Shown here: positions 1 through 13,359 of the stretch, piece after piece
Layout: every line of letters begins with the position of its first letter
How positions within the stretch are numbered: the stretch's first letter is position 1
NCBI GenBank assembly: GCA_951406725.2
Contig: OX597842.1
Location: 24,986,001 to 25,050,000 of the forward strand
Direction: 5' to 3'
From: Octopus vulgaris
Taxonomy: Eukaryota
Length of the DNA stretch: 64,000 nucleotides
Notes under the pieces: model-generated
What the model saw: only the letters and a program-made list of their open reading frames with translations
The model's database searches: none
Told to the model about the DNA's origin: nothing
Translations under genes and position numbers: made by a program

Positions 1-395
1 ATCTAATGAACAGAACAACCAGCTCATGAAACTAACATGCAAGTGGCTGAGTACACCACAGACATGCATACCCTTAATGTAGTTCTTGAAGATTCAGCAT
101 GACACAGAATGTGACAAGGCTGGCCCTTTGAAATATGGGCACTATTCATTTTTTAGGGTTCCAGTTGACTGAGTCAACTGTTTTTGAAATTAACATGCAA
201 GTGGCTGAGGACTCCACAAGTGTATGTACCCTTAATTTAATTCTCAAGGAGATTCAGCATGACACATGCTTATCAGAAGTCCATCTGACTTTGCATGTAG
301 GACTCAGTACTTTTTTATTATTTTGTGAGACATGTTTTTGAAGAAAAAAGGGCATCTTATATACCATCAAATACAATATACATACGTACATGTAA

Positions 396-625
396 AGGCG
401 GTGAGCTGGCAGAAACGTTAACACACTGGGTGAAATGCTTAGTAGCATTTCGTCTGCCGTTATGTTCTGAGTTCAAATTCTGCCGAGGTCGACTTTGCCT
501 TTCACCCTTTCGGGGTTGATAAATAAAGTACCAGTTACGCACTGGGATCGATATAATCGACTCAATCCGTTTGTCTGTCCTTGTTTGTCCCCTCTATGTT
601 TAGCCCCGTGTGGGTAGTAAAAAAA
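396..625 (+). mobile_element. tRNA-derived SINE, family A
   Basis: GGCGGTGAGCTGGCAGAAACGTTA head, GAGTTCAAATTC B-box, GCCTTTCATCCTTTCGGGGTCGATAAA body. Other copies at 2990-3495, 5720-6140, 11681-12068, 31474-32108 and 39202-39835. Confidence 0.85.
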
Positions 626-1195
626 TATATACATAGATGTTTGCATACATGATGGCTGCTTTCTTGTTCTTGAGTATGATAATGCTATGTTAAGTGAAGG
701 CCTGTGCATGATGCTTTTTTAAAGTGAGGAGAGGCCTTGTGCACAACCAGCCCCACTCTCTGAACAACAGATACACATTCCTCTGAAAGAACAACTTATC
801 AACATCATTGTCTGCCATCGAATTGTAGGTTTTACAACAGGGTTTACCTTTCCCTAGCATGATGCCCTAACAAGGACTAGGGGTTACTCCCTCTCAGCAA
901 TAGTCCTGACCATTGCCAGTGTCATGCATGTAAAGAGCACCCATTTCACTCTCGGAGTGGTTGGCATTAGGAAGGCCATCTAGCTGTTGAAACCAAGCGA
1001 AAATCAGGTTGGAACCTGGTGCAGTTCTCCAGCTTACCAGTTCCAGACTAACCCTCTGACCCATGCCAGCATAGAAAGCGGATGTTAAATGATAATTGTT
1101 GTAAATGAATGTCGTTTATTTTCAATGTTCTGCAAGAATATGTCTAGTCAAGGGGGAAACTATTACTTTGCATGGAAGCATGTAATGGTTGGTGC

Positions 1196-1582
1196 GTGGA
1201 GGCGCAATGGCCCAGTGGTTAGGGCAGCGGACTCGCGGTCATAGGATCGCGGTTTTGATTCCCAGACCGGGCGTTGTGAGTGTTTATTGAGCGAAAACAC
1301 CTAAAGCTCCACGAGGCTCTGGCAGGGGATGGTGGTGATCCCTGCTGTACTCTTTCACCACAACTTTCTCTCACCCTTACTTCCTGTTTCTGTTGTACCT
1401 GTATTTCAAAGGGCCGGCCTTGTCACTCTCTGTGTCACACTGAATATCCCCGAGAACTACGTTAAGGGTACACGTGTCTGTGGAGTGCTCAGCCACTTAC
1501 ACGTTAATTTCACGAGCAGGCTGTTCCGTTGATTCGGATCAACTGGAACCCTCGTCGTCGTAACCGACAGAGTGCTTCCATC
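1196..1582 (+). mobile_element. tRNA-derived SINE, family B
   Basis: GTGGAGGCGCAATGGCCCAGTGGTTAG A-box head; TSD AATGGTTGGTG. Related copies at 2244-2548, 4878-5178, 14206-14510, 28853-29173 (TSD AAATTATTGCAGAC), 38401-38773 (minus, TSD TACGCTTCAT) and 44537-44689; tail fragments at 1-290 and 34900-35140. Confidence 0.88.
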
Positions 1583-2710
1583 CAATGGTTGGTGACAGGA
1601 AGGGCATCCAGCTGTATCCAGCCCATCCAAGCATGCAAAATGGATGTTAATGATGGTGTCTACACCTGTCCCCATTCCCCTCACATACGTTGTTCAATGA
1701 AAAATAACGCCATATATCCTCACTCGCAGTACGTTTTGATTTCAATACACACAACACCTAATGGAACATATGTAACCTCCCTGCGGGTGTTTGAAATTGT
1801 CTGAGCACTGAAGCAGTGACCTTTGGTGATATATTAGCTTTGGATGATGTAATGACAGAAATTTATCTGGATGTGTCATCATATCTGATGCAAGTGCATG
1901 CCATTAACCAACCAGTAGCGGTATTGTTATTACTTACATGTCGCATGGCTCAGTGGTTAGAGCATTGGGCTAACAATCACAAAGTAGTGAGTTCGATTCC
2001 TGGACCAGGCAGTGTGTTGTTTTCTTGAGCAAGACACTTCATTTTTCACATTACTCTAGTTCATTCATCTGGTGCCAAGTAATATCATCTCTGGTGCCAA
2101 GTAATATCATCTCTGGTGCCAAGCAATATCATCTCTGGTGCCAAGCAATACTAACCTTTGCCTCTCCCTTGGGTAACATCGGTGGCATGGAGAGGGGAAG
2201 CGGGTGTGCATGGGTGACTGTTAGTCTTCCATGAGCAATCTTTGTGGAGGCACATGGCCTTGTGGTTAGAGCAGCGGCCTCGTGGTCGAGGGATCACTGG
2301 TTCGAATCTCAGACCGGGCGATGTGTGTGTTTATGAGCGAAACACCTAAGCTCCACGTGGCTCCAGCAGAAGGTAATGGCGAAACCTCTGCTGACTCTTT
2401 CACCTCAACTTTCTCTCACTCTTTCCTCCTGCATCTTGCAGCTCACCTGCGACAGACTGGTGTCCTGTTCAGGTGGGGAACCTATATGTCAAGGAAACCG
2501 GGAAACTGGCCCTTATGAGCCAGACATGGCTCAAGAAGGAACAAACAATAAGCAATCTTTTCTGGACTTGTACCTTGGAGGGGAACTTTCTAGATGCAAT
2601 CCCATGGTCATTCATAACCGAAGGGTGTCTTTACCCTTTACATGTCAGTTGAATTTAGCGTCTTCAGGGTGGCTTCTAACCCTCTAGCTTTTAGACCAGC
2701 CATATCTAGA

Positions 2711-2938
2711 TTAACCCTTTCGTTTCTGTATTTATTTTGAGATGCTCTGTGTTTCTTTCAATTATTTTAAATATAACAAAGAATTTAGTAAAATAACTTA
2801 GTTATCATTAAGCTAGTGTTAGGAACATAAATTGTGACTAAGGTTTGGTGGAAGATTTTAATTCAAAACTTATGAAAACAAGAAATTTGTACTCAGAGCC
2901 AGAGGCGGTTTTAGCAAGGTTGGTATCGAAAGGATTAA
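2711..2938 (+). mobile_element. piggyBac-like MITE (TTAA-flanked, ~225 bp)
   Basis: TTAA-CCCTTTCG...CGAAAGGA-TTAA; same family at 18475-19190 and 32374-33080. Confidence 0.8.
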
Positions 2939-3694
2939 GAATTGTTTCTCTATTGTATATCTTAACCCTTTTGTTACCGTATTCTGTTGAAATTGACTTT
3001 GCCTTTCATCCTTTCGGGGGTCAATAAATTAAGTACCAGTTACACACTGGGGGTCGGTATAATCGACTTAATCCCTTTGTCTGTCCTTGTTTGTCTCCCC
3101 TTGTGAGTAGTAAAGAAATAAGTATTTCGTCTGCTGCTATATTCTGGGTTCAAATTCTGCCGAGGTTGACTTTGCCTTTCTTCCTTTCGGGGGTCGATTA
3201 AATAAGTACCAGTTACGCACTGGGGTTGAATTAATCGGCTTAAATCCTTTGTCTGTCCATGTTTGTCCCCTCTATGTTTAGCCCCTTGTGGGTAGTAAAG
3301 AAATAAGAAACATTAGCACGCTGGGTGAAATGCTTCGCGGTATTTCGTCTGCCGTTACGTTCTGGGTTCAAATTCCGCCGAGGTCAACTTTGCCTTTCAT
3401 CCTTTCGGGGTCGATAAATTAGGTACCAGTTAATCCCTTTGTCCGTGTTTGTCCCCTTTGTGTGTAGCCCCTTGTGGGCAGTAAAGAAATAAGTGTTGGT
3501 TCTTAATCTCTGTCTCTGAGCATCTAGGGTCTCGATACTAAGCCCTGCTGTCCCGTCTTCGACTCAATGTCGTGTTTTGTGTTGGGCTCTGACATACCCC
3601 TTTTTGCCGCTACCCCCTTCCACATTTATTCCCCTTTGTTCTTCCTTCACTGCTCTGTTGTTGATTACACAATAAGGTACCACTCTATTTACAG

Positions 3695-3769
3695 CGTTGT
3701 GGTTACCACCAACTGCCACAGGTAGCTCCTCGGGGTGGCACCTCTCGCCACTTTCGGCTTTCCCGTCAG
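3695..3769 (+). CDS. Candidate 75-nt exon, possibly an upstream or alternative exon of the KAT6 gene
   Basis: TTTACAG acceptor and CAG|GTAAGT donor; 75 nt of unique GC-richer sequence. The phase-0 reading RCGYHQLPQVAPRGGTSRHFRLSRQ is open and compatible with the phase-0 exon at 12631. No homology recognised. Confidence 0.35.
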
Positions 3770-4152
3770 GTAAGTAAAAAAATCGACCTGTTAGACAGAA
3801 AAAAAAAAATACTATTTAAAAAAAAAAAAAAAAAAAAAAGCTACATGTGGTCATTTGGTCAAACACTTCTGTCTGTGCATCCGGATTTATTGCTGTCATT
3901 TTCATTTTTCTAGATCGGTTTTGCTTCTGTTTTAGATTTTATTAATTTTTTAATCTTTTTATCATTTTTTTTTTTTACTTGTTTTATTTCTTGGATTGTA
4001 CGCTTGTTTGTCTCTGTGACTGTCATTATATTGCTGTTACAACAATGATGATGATGATGGTGGTGATGCTGATGATGTTGGTCTTTCTGATACATTATTA
4101 TTGGTTCTTAAAGCCTCGCCCCTCCACTCAACTGTCTATAGATCATCTTTCA

Positions 4153-4816
4153 GGCGGCAAGCTGGCAGAAACGTTAGCACGCCAGGCGAAATGCTTAGCG
4201 GTATTTCGTCTGCGTTACGTTCTGAGTTCAAATTCCGCCGAGGTCGACTTTGCCTTTCATCCTTTTGGGGTCGACAAATTAAGTACCAGTTACGCACTGG
4301 GGTCGATCTAATCGACTTAATCCATGTGTCTGTCCTTGTTTGTCCCCTCTATGTTTAGCCCCTTGTAGGCAATAAAGAAATAAGAAACATTAGTACACTG
4401 GACGAAATGCTTAGCGGTATTTCGTCTGCGTTACGTTCTGAGTTCAAATTCCGCCGAGGTCGACTTTGCCTTTCATCCTTTTGGGGTCGACAAATTAAGT
4501 ACCAGTTACGCACTGGGGTCGATCTAATCGACTTAATCCATGTGTCTGTCCTTGTTTGTCCCCTCTATGTTTAGCCCCTTGTAGGCAATAAAGAAATAAG
4601 AAACATTAGTACACACTGGACGAAATGCTTAGCGGTATTTCGTCTGCGTTACGTTCTGAGTTCAAATTCCGCCGAGGTCGACTTTGCCTTTCATCCTTTC
4701 GGGATCGACAAATTAAGTACCAGTTACGCACTGGGGTCAATATAATCGACTTAATCCGTCTGTCTGTCCTTGTTTGTCCCTTCTATGTTTAGCCCCTTGT
4801 GGGTAATAAAGAAATA
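4153..4816 (+). mobile_element. Trimer of SINE family A inside a single 16-bp TSD
   Basis: TATAGATCATCTTTCA at 4137-4152 and 4817-4832. Confidence 0.88.
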
Positions 4817-6860
4817 TATAGATCATCTTTCATGATGCTGTGAGATTGCCACACTCTATACACTGTATTAGTGACTAGTGGAGGCACATGGCCTAGTGGT
4901 TAGAGCAGCGGACTTGCGGTTGAGGTATCACGGGTTTGAATCTCAGACCGGGCAATGTATGTGTTTATGAGTGAAACACCTAAGCTCCACACGGCTCCAG
5001 CTGAAGGTAATGGTGAAACTTCTGCTGACTCTTTCGCCACAACTTTCTCTCACTCTTTCCTCCTGCATCTTGCAGCTCACCTGTGACGGACCGGCGTCTC
5101 GTCCAGGTGGATAACTTATACACCAAGGAACCGGGAAACTGGCCCTTATGAGCCAGGCATGGCTCAAGAAGGAACAAGCAATCAGTGACTACTGTGTATA
5201 TGTATATATGAGCAAAACGCCCCCTCCCCTGTCCAATGGACGGTGCTGAGTTGTCAAACATTTAAACCAAATTTTCTCAAAACAACTTGTCCGACTGTCC
5301 CATAGGCCTCCCCTTTGAGAAACACTGATTTAACCTAAATTTGAGACACCAGCAATAGCTAATCTGTTTTATATTCAAACTGACCAGATCCAGGCTCTCA
5401 CACCTACCCTACAATGTTATTCTACATTAAGTAATTACACCATCAACATCTTGAAGATATGAGATAATGCATGATTAATTCAAATCAATGGGAATCAATA
5501 GGCATTATGTTTGATTGAATAATTTGAACACTAAAGGGTTAAACAGTTCTTTTCATTGAAAAATAATTAAGCATGCCTTTATTTCAATAAAATTTTTGGT
5601 TTTTGTTAAATGAAGTTAAGGCAAAAAAGAAAAACTTCTTGAGAAACCAAATAGTCTTTCCTTCCTTCATGCCAAGTTTGAAGAAAATATTGAAACTGGC
5701 CAGATCTGGCTTCACCCCTGTGAGCTGGCAGAAACGTTAGTACGCTGGGCGAAATGCTTAGTGGTATTTTGTCTCCTGTTACGTTGTGAGTTCAAATCCT
5801 GCTGGGGTTGACTTAGCCTTTCATCCTTTCAGGGTTGATAAATTAAGTACGAGTTATGCACTAGGGGTCGATGTAATCGACTTAATCTATTTGTCTGTCC
5901 TTGTTTGTCCCTTCTGTGTTTAGCTCCTTGTGGGTAGTAAAGAAATAGGTATTTCGTCTGCCATTACGTTCTGAGTTCAAATTCCGCCGAGGTTGACTTT
6001 GCCTTTCATCCTTTCGGGGTTGATAAATTAAGTACCAGTTATGCACTGGGGAGTCGATGTAACCGACTTAATCTATTTGTCTGTCCTTGTTTGTCCTTTC
6101 TATGTTTAGCCCCTTGTGGGCAATAAAGAAATAAGAAATAAGATCTGGCTTCTCTCCTCAGTCCTACAATGTCATTGAAACACTAAACAATCACATCAGC
6201 AGAATCTGTAAACTACAAGATAATGTGTGATTATTTCAAAACGATAAGAATTAGCGAATATTACATTCGACAGATTAATCTGAACACCAAAGGGTTAATC
6301 ACTGTCACCACCACCATCATCATCATCATCGTGAAAGACATTTAATGTCTGTTTTCTATGCTGGCATGGGTTGTTCGGTTTTTGACTGGAGTTTGCCAGC
6401 TGGACAAATACCCAAGATCCATTTGTCTGTTTTGTCTTGGTTTCAACAGCTGGATGCCCTTCCTAATGCCAACCACTTTACAGTGCGTGCTGAGTGCCTT
6501 CTCTATGGCACCAGGATTGGCACTTCTATGTGCCACTGACACAGGCACTTTGCACTTGGCACCAGCACAAGTGCTTTTTAGGTGGCACTGATATAAATGC
6601 TTTTTAAAGCTTGGCACCTATTCTATTCTGTTGGTGTCTGTTGCCAAATTGCTAAGTTACAGGGACATAAACACACCAACACCTGTTGTCAAATGGTGGT
6701 GGGACACACAGATACACACACTGGGCTTCTTTCAGTTTCTGTCTACCAAATCATCACACAAGACTTTGGTCTCCCATTTAACAATGACTTTTTACACACA
6801 CATTCTTTCTTTCTCTCTTTCTATATATGTATGTATGTATGTATGTATATATATATACAC

Positions 6861-7268
6861 ACAGGAGTGGCTGTGTGGTAAGTAGCTTGCTAACCAACCA
6901 CATGGTTCCGGGTTCAGTCCCACTGTGTGACACCTTGGGCAAGTGTCTTCTGCTATAGCCCCGGGCCGACCAATGTCTTGTGAGTGGATTTGGTAGACAG
7001 AAACTGAAAGAAGCCTGTCGTATATATGTGTATATATATATATATATATATGTTTGTGTGTGTGTGTTTGTCCCCCCCCCCACATCACTTGACAACCGAT
7101 GCTGGTGTGTTTACGTCCCCATCACTTAGCGGTTCGGCAAAAAAACTGATAGAATAAGTACTGGGCTTACAAAAGAATAAGTCCCGGGGTCGATTTGCTC
7201 GACTAAAGGCCGTGCTCCAGCATGGCCGCAGTCAAATGACTGAAACAAGTAAAAGAGTAAAAGAGTAC
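6861..7268 (+). mobile_element. tRNA-derived SINE, family C (internal (TA/TG)n, (AAAGAGT)n tail)
   Basis: GGAGTGGCTGTGTGGTAAG...GGTTCAGTCCC...ACCTTGGGCAAGT. Further copies at 26857-27260, 28316-28690, 30073-30470, 33634-34190, 34468-34860, 35370-35972(-), 40070-40290, 40596-41068(-), 53656-54068, 54295-54691(-), 54825-55100(-) and 56228-56375. Confidence 0.88.
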
Positions 7269-7384
7269 ACACATACACATAGTGTGTACATAGTGTGTTT
7301 ATAAAGATATTTGTGGGTGTGTGTGTTTATGTACACATTATACATATGTTATGTGTACACACGTATGTGTGTTTACATTGGTCA

Positions 7385-9626
7385 GAATGTTTGGCAGCAT
7401 TTCTTCTGACTTTACTCTTTGAGTTCAAATTCTGCCGAGGCTGACTTTACCTTTCGTCTGTTTGAGGTCAGCGACATAGTACCAGTTAAACACTGGGGTT
7501 CATGTAATTGACTAGCCCCCTTTCTCAAAACTTCAGGCTTCTACCCATAGTAGAAAGGATTATTATTATTATTATTGTTATTGTTATTATTGTTACTATC
7601 ATCATAAGGTTGTGTGCTGGCAGAATCGTTAGCATGCTGGACAAAATGGTTTACTCATCGCTATGTTCTGAGTTCAAATTCCGCCGAGGTTAACTTTGCC
7701 TTTCATCCTTTCAGGGTCCATAAATTAAAGTACCAGTTGAGTACTGGGGTCAGTGTGATCAACAGTCCCCCTCCCCCAAAAATCCAGGCTTTGTGCCTAT
7801 AATAGAAAGGATTATTATTATTATTATAGGCGCATGGCGCAGTGGTTAGAGCGTCGAGCTTACAATCGTGAGGTTGTGAGCTCGAATCCCGGACTGGGCT
7901 GTGTGTTGTGTTCTTGAGCAAGGCACTTTATTTCACTTTGCTCCAGTTCACTCAGCTATAGAAATGAGTTGCGATGTCACTGGTGCCAAGCTGTATCGAC
8001 CTTTGTCTTTCCCTTGGATAACATCGGTGACGTGGAGAGGGGAGGCTGGTATGCATGGGCAGCTGTTGGTCTTCCATAAACAATCTTGCCCAGACTTGTG
8101 TCTGGGAGGGTAACTTTCTAGGTGCAATCCCACAGTCAATCATGACCGAAGAGGGTCCCAAATCATAAGGTGGTGAGCTGGCAGAATTGTTAGCACGCTG
8201 GGTTAAATATTTAGTGGTATTTCTGAGTTCAAATTCCACCGAGGTCGACTTTGCCTTTTATCCTTTCCGAGTCGATAAATTAAGTACCAGCGAAACACTT
8301 GGGGTCGATGTAACCAACTAGGGCCCTCCTCCAAAATTTCAAGCCTTGTGCCTATAGTAGAAAGGATTATCATCATCATCATCACCATCATTGCTGCATT
8401 GGCAAAGCTCTCTTGTAGTTCAGCTCCAGCTGGTCAGATTTGGATTTCTTGCTGGTGCGGGGATGTGAGAACATGAAAGTGCAGTGGTTAAGATATATAT
8501 ATATATATATACAGGGTGTCCCCAAAAAATGTATACACATAGTGGTTCGGCAAAAGAGAACGATAGAATAAGTACTAGGCTTACAAAGAATAACAAATTT
8601 ACAATTATTTAAGGTGTGTATACATTTTTTGGGGACACCCTGTATATATATATATATGTGTGTATGTATGTATGTATGTATGTATGTAAAATCAACTGTT
8701 TCCCTTTGTCCATATTTTCTGGCCTGGTGTCTGTTTTAGAAATATTTGGTATTGCTGTGCTGTAGTCATTTTTGTTATTGCGTGCTTTTGACTGCCGTAC
8801 AATGAGTACATTTCTGTGTATCTTTTGATCAAGTTCTGCAATTTTTCTTTTTTGTTTTGGTTTCATATTTTTCTCTTGTGGTTTGAAGTACTACTAATAT
8901 GTGTGTGCAGTGCCTTGTAGAGCTATTTTCTGTATATTGTGATGACATTATTATTATTATTATTATCATTATTATTTTTTTTGTGTGCATATTTTTTTTA
9001 ATTAGTTTTATGGTGTTTAATATCAAATGTAATTAGTGTGACTATTACTGTTCTTGTTATTTATTATTATTATTATTATAACTATTATTAAGCGGTGAGC
9101 TGGCAGAACTGTTAGTGCCCCAGGGCGAAATGCTTAGCAGTATTTCACCTGTCACTATTGTTCTGAGTTCAAATTCTGCTGAGGTCGACTTTGCCTTGTG
9201 TCCTTTCGGGGTTGATAAATTAAGTACCAGTAAAACACTGGGGTTGATATAATCAACTAATCTCCTCTCCAAAATGGCTGCCCTTGTGGCAAAATTCAAA
9301 ACTATTATTATTATTATTATTATTATTATTATCTTTTTGTGCATCATATTTTTTAAAATTAATTTTATAGTGTTTAATACTAAATGTAATTAGTGTGATT
9401 ATTACCATTCTTGTTATTTTTTTAATTCTTTTTATAATTACTATTATTTTATTTGCATGTTGGGTGAAATGCCTAGAGGCAGTTTTTCCAGCTTTATATA
9501 CTGAGTTCAAATTCAGCTGTGATCGACTTTGCCTGTCATCCTTCTGGGGTCGATATAACTGACATCCCTCTTCCCACAAAATTTCAGGCCTTGTGCCTAT
9601 AGTAGAAAGGATTATTATTATTATTA

Positions 9627-9670
<44 letters not shown>

Positions 9671-10165
9671 CTCCGTTTTGCATTCTGAATTTCAATTCCC
9701 ACCGACATGAATTTGAACTCGCGTATAAGGGTTTTGGACTGGCTGGCGGAATTGTTAGCATGCTGGAGTTAGTAGCATTTTGTCTGTCTTTACATTCTGA
9801 GTTCAAATGCTATCAGGGTTGACCCTTACCCTTTCATCCTTTTGGGGTTGATGAAAACAGGTACCAGTTGAGCACTCCTCTTCCCCTAAATTTCAGTCCC
9901 TGTGCCTATACTAGAAAGGATTATTATTATTGTTATTATTATTATGGTGGTGAGGTGGTAGAATTGTTAGCACGCCAGGCAAAATGCTGAACGGTATCTC
10001 ATCTGTCTTTAGATTCTGAGTTCAAATTTTGCTGCGGTTGACTTTGCCTTTCATCCTTTCAGGGTTGATAAATTAAGTACCAGTAAAACACTGAGGTTGA
10101 TGTAGTCAACTAGTCCCCTCCCCCCAAACTTCAGGGCTTGTGCCTTTAGTAGAAAAGATTATTCT
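7385..10165 (+). mobile_element. Cluster of ~7 older SINE-A-related copies with (ATT)n tails, plus other SINEs
   Basis: Repeated GAGTTCAAATT...GCCTTTCATCC...CCTTGTGCCTATAGTAGAAAGGATTATTATT. Confidence 0.75.
8512..8642. mobile_element. Tc1/mariner-type MITE (131 bp) carrying a captured SINE fragment
   Basis: TA-CAGGGTGTCCCCAAAAAATGTATACAC...GTGTATACATTTTTTGGGGACACCCTG-TA; the interior matches the SINE-C segment GGTTCGGCAAAAGAGA..GATAGAATAAGTACT. Confidence 0.85.
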
Positions 10166-11041
10166 TATTATTGAGTGAGAGAGCAGTGCATGTCATCAAA
10201 GTGACAATGGGGTAAAATATACAAAGCCCAGTATACCCATCATGGCTACCCGTCTGATAAGGGTACACCAGGTACATGCATCACAACCATATGTGCGTGA
10301 CATGGTGATCTCATATCAAGATAAACAGCACATGACCTTGCAAGTGGGGCTCAGTTAGAATTTTCTTCTGGTCGAGTAACCCATCCCACTCAAAAGGTCC
10401 CTGAATAAGGATTGTTTAAGAACACAAAGCATTCCCCAGTCCAGGGATTGAAACCACAATCTTACACTCATGAGTCCAACAACTTAACCACTAAGCCATG
10501 CACCTCCACTCCATTCTGGGTGTTGGTTGTGAAAAGTGGGGTGTTGATTTAATCACTTGTTCCCTGTTTGTAAGGTGGTGGCTGCCCCAGCCTGGCCTCA
10601 ACTCTGAAAGAATAGAGCCATTTGTTTTTTAACCTCTTCTAGTTTGCCTGCCTCCTTGGTTCTCTCCTACCTCTGCCTGTTGCTCTACTAAGCTTACCAG
10701 TGCCTCCACCACATTTGCCTGCTTGATCTGCCCACCACTGCTAAAAATGGTTTTGGCATGGCTGCTTTTTGGTGTTGCTGATTTGATGCTGACTTATTTG
10801 ACATTTTCCATGTTTCTCATTCCTGCTTCTCCCCCTATCTTTCTCTCTCTCTTTCTCTCCCTCTTTCTGGTTTCTGTCAGTAGCGTTCAACTAACCTTCA
10901 GCACACTGTAGGTGCATAATGTCACCTTAGAGTTTTCTCCCCTGTTGTAATGGGAAGTGGCAGGGGAAATAATCCTAGAGAAAAAGCTGTCTGCTAAAGG
11001 TTAATAAATTGTAATATCTCTCTCTCACCCTTTCCCTCTAT

Positions 11042-11280
11042 GCCTCCATCCCGCTCCCTCCACGCCTCCATCCCGCTCCCTCCACGCCTCCATCCCGCTC
11101 CCTCCACGCCTCCATCCCGCTCCCTCCACGCCTCCATCCTGCTCCCTCCACGCCTCCATCCTGCTCCTTCCACGCCTCCATCAGCTCCCTCCACGCCTCC
11201 ATCCTGATTCCTCCACGACTCCATCCTGCTCCCTCCACGCCTCCATCCTGCTCCCTCCATGCCTCCATCATGCTCCCTCT
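11042..11280. repeat. 22-bp minisatellite (GCCTCCATCCCGCTCCCTCCAC), ~11 copies
   Basis: Direct reading, period 22. Confidence 0.9.
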
Positions 11281-12098
11281 ATCTCACTCCTTACACTCTG
11301 CAATCTCTTCCTTCCTCCCTCCACCCTCTCTACAACTCCTCTCCATTCCTCCCCTTCATCTCTCCCCTCTTACCCCCTCTCTTTATATGTAAGTATATTT
11401 CTTTGTATGATGAGAGGGAAAATGTTTGTTAATCTTGTTCAATTAATAAATTGTAATCTCTCTCCTTGTCTATCACTCTCACCTTCTCTCCATCCCTCTC
11501 TTCCCCCCCTCTCTCTCTCTCTTTGAGTATAATTCTCTTTACATGTCTGAGGAGAAGAGAAAGTGCTTATGCCAACGGTATTGCTCTTTGCCTGATTAGC
11601 CCCACTTCTCTCCATCCCCTATCTCTCTACCCCCCCCCCCCGGTATCACTGTTTGTGCGATATATCTCACATCCACAAAAGGCGGCGAATTGGCAGAATC
11701 ATTAGCAAGCCGGGTGAAATGCTTAGCAGTATTTCATCTGTCATTACGTTCTGAGTTCAAATTCCGCCGAGATCGACTTTGCCTTTCATCTTTTCAGGGT
11801 CGATTAAATAAGTACCAGTTATGCACTGGGGTCGATGTAATCGACTTAATCCATTTGTCTGTCCTTGTTTGTCCTCTCTGTGCTTAGCCCCTTGTGTGTA
11901 GTAAAGAAATAGGTATTTTGTCTGTCGACTTTGCCTTTCATCCTTTCAGGGTTGATTAAATAAGTACCAGTTACTCACTGGGGTCGATGTCATCGACTTA
12001 ATCCATTTGTCTGTCCTTGTTTGTCCCTACTGTGTTTAGCCCCTTGTGGGTAGTAAAGAAATAGGTATTCAAGTAATGAATTATGTTTCTCTCCCTCC

Positions 12099-12137
<39 letters not shown>

Positions 12138-12630
12138 GTGGTCATATTTTTCTTTACGTATACTAGAAGAGAAAGTATTTACATCAATTGTGCTCAATTA
12201 ATAATTCATAGCATCTTTCCCTCCCCACTCTCTCACCCTCACTATATCCATATATGTATATTTCTGTGTGTACACACACACACACGTGTTCAGTGCCAGT
12301 ATGTACCTTTGCCAAAGTAAGTTGAATATCCAGTCAGCAATGCCAAATTGTCAGCACCGAAACAGCTCCATTCCATTCAGTTTGATCCCCTACTTTCCCT
12401 TTTCACATTGCTCTTTGCCTGATTAGCTCCACTTCTCTCTACCCCCTATCTCTCTGTATCCCTCCTCCCAGGTATCACTGTTTGTGTGATATATTTCACA
12501 TCCACAAACGACGTCCACAATAATATTGTTCGACAATTCTTCGTTATGCGACCCACTTCTAGCCAACTGCTGTCCACCTTATCAACTTAAAGGTTTCCTG
12601 TTCCTCATTATTTCCCGCTTTTCTTTCCAG

Positions 12631-12801
12631 CTGAAAGAGATGAGTCAGTTAGTGAACCACATTGACGACGAGAAGAAGCTGGCCACAGGCACCGTGTCAC
12701 CAGATCAGCCACCACCACCCCCTGAACGGACGAGTAGGAGGAGGAGCGACACTACTACTACCACTACTACTACTGCAGCAGCCCCCACTGCACGACGAAA
12801 G
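12631..12801 (+). CDS. KAT6: KAT6A/B internal exon (post-MYST region)
   Basis: TTCTTTCCAG acceptor, AAG|GTAGGG donor, 171 nt, phase 0/0; LKEMSQLVNHIDDEKKLA...APTARRK. Joins in frame to the downstream exons. Confidence 0.8.
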
Positions 12802-12986
12802 GTAGGGTTCGGCTTTTACTTGTTTCAGTCGTTAAACTGGCGATGCTGGGGCAGCCCCTTGAAGGGCATTTAGTCAAATGAATAGGGTGTCTGCCTATTT
12901 TCACTAAAGTAAGAGTTATATGTATGAGAATGTGATGTATGTATACATATGTCTGTGTGTGTATGTATGTATGTGTCCATGTGTGT

Positions 12987-13023
<37 letters not shown>

Positions 13024-13057
13024 CTCTGTCTTCCCTTCTCTGGATCTTTCCTTCTAT

Positions 13058-13092
13058 GTTTCCGACGAAGAGTTCTGCTCGAAACGTTACAC
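13058..13092 (+). ncRNA. Minimal hammerhead-like motif (CCGACGA-A core) in a Penelope-like remnant at 13020-13197
   Basis: GTTT CCGACGA A GAGT-TCT-GCTC GAAA CG T T ACAC; the element ends in (TA)n. Confidence 0.55.
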
Positions 13093-13191
13093 CCTCCTTC
13101 TTCCCTTCCTTCCTGAGTGTCCAATAATACTATATTTGTTCCACGTCCTCGCGTTGTTGTGTTTTCTCTTTGTGTTTTCATGTTTGGATTA

Positions 13192-13249
<58 letters not shown>

Positions 13250-13359
13250 CGAATATTCTTTAGAAATATCTCCACCAGTGGCCTAGCATGTATAAATAGT
13301 CAATAGACAACATATTCTTAATATAAAATAATGTACATTTAAACACAAGAGAATTCTAC

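Noticed and set aside
1196-1275. tRNA genes at SINE heads (also 2244, 4878, 14206, 28853)
   Set aside because: A and B boxes are present but continue into SINE bodies with TSDs; no intact cloverleaf.
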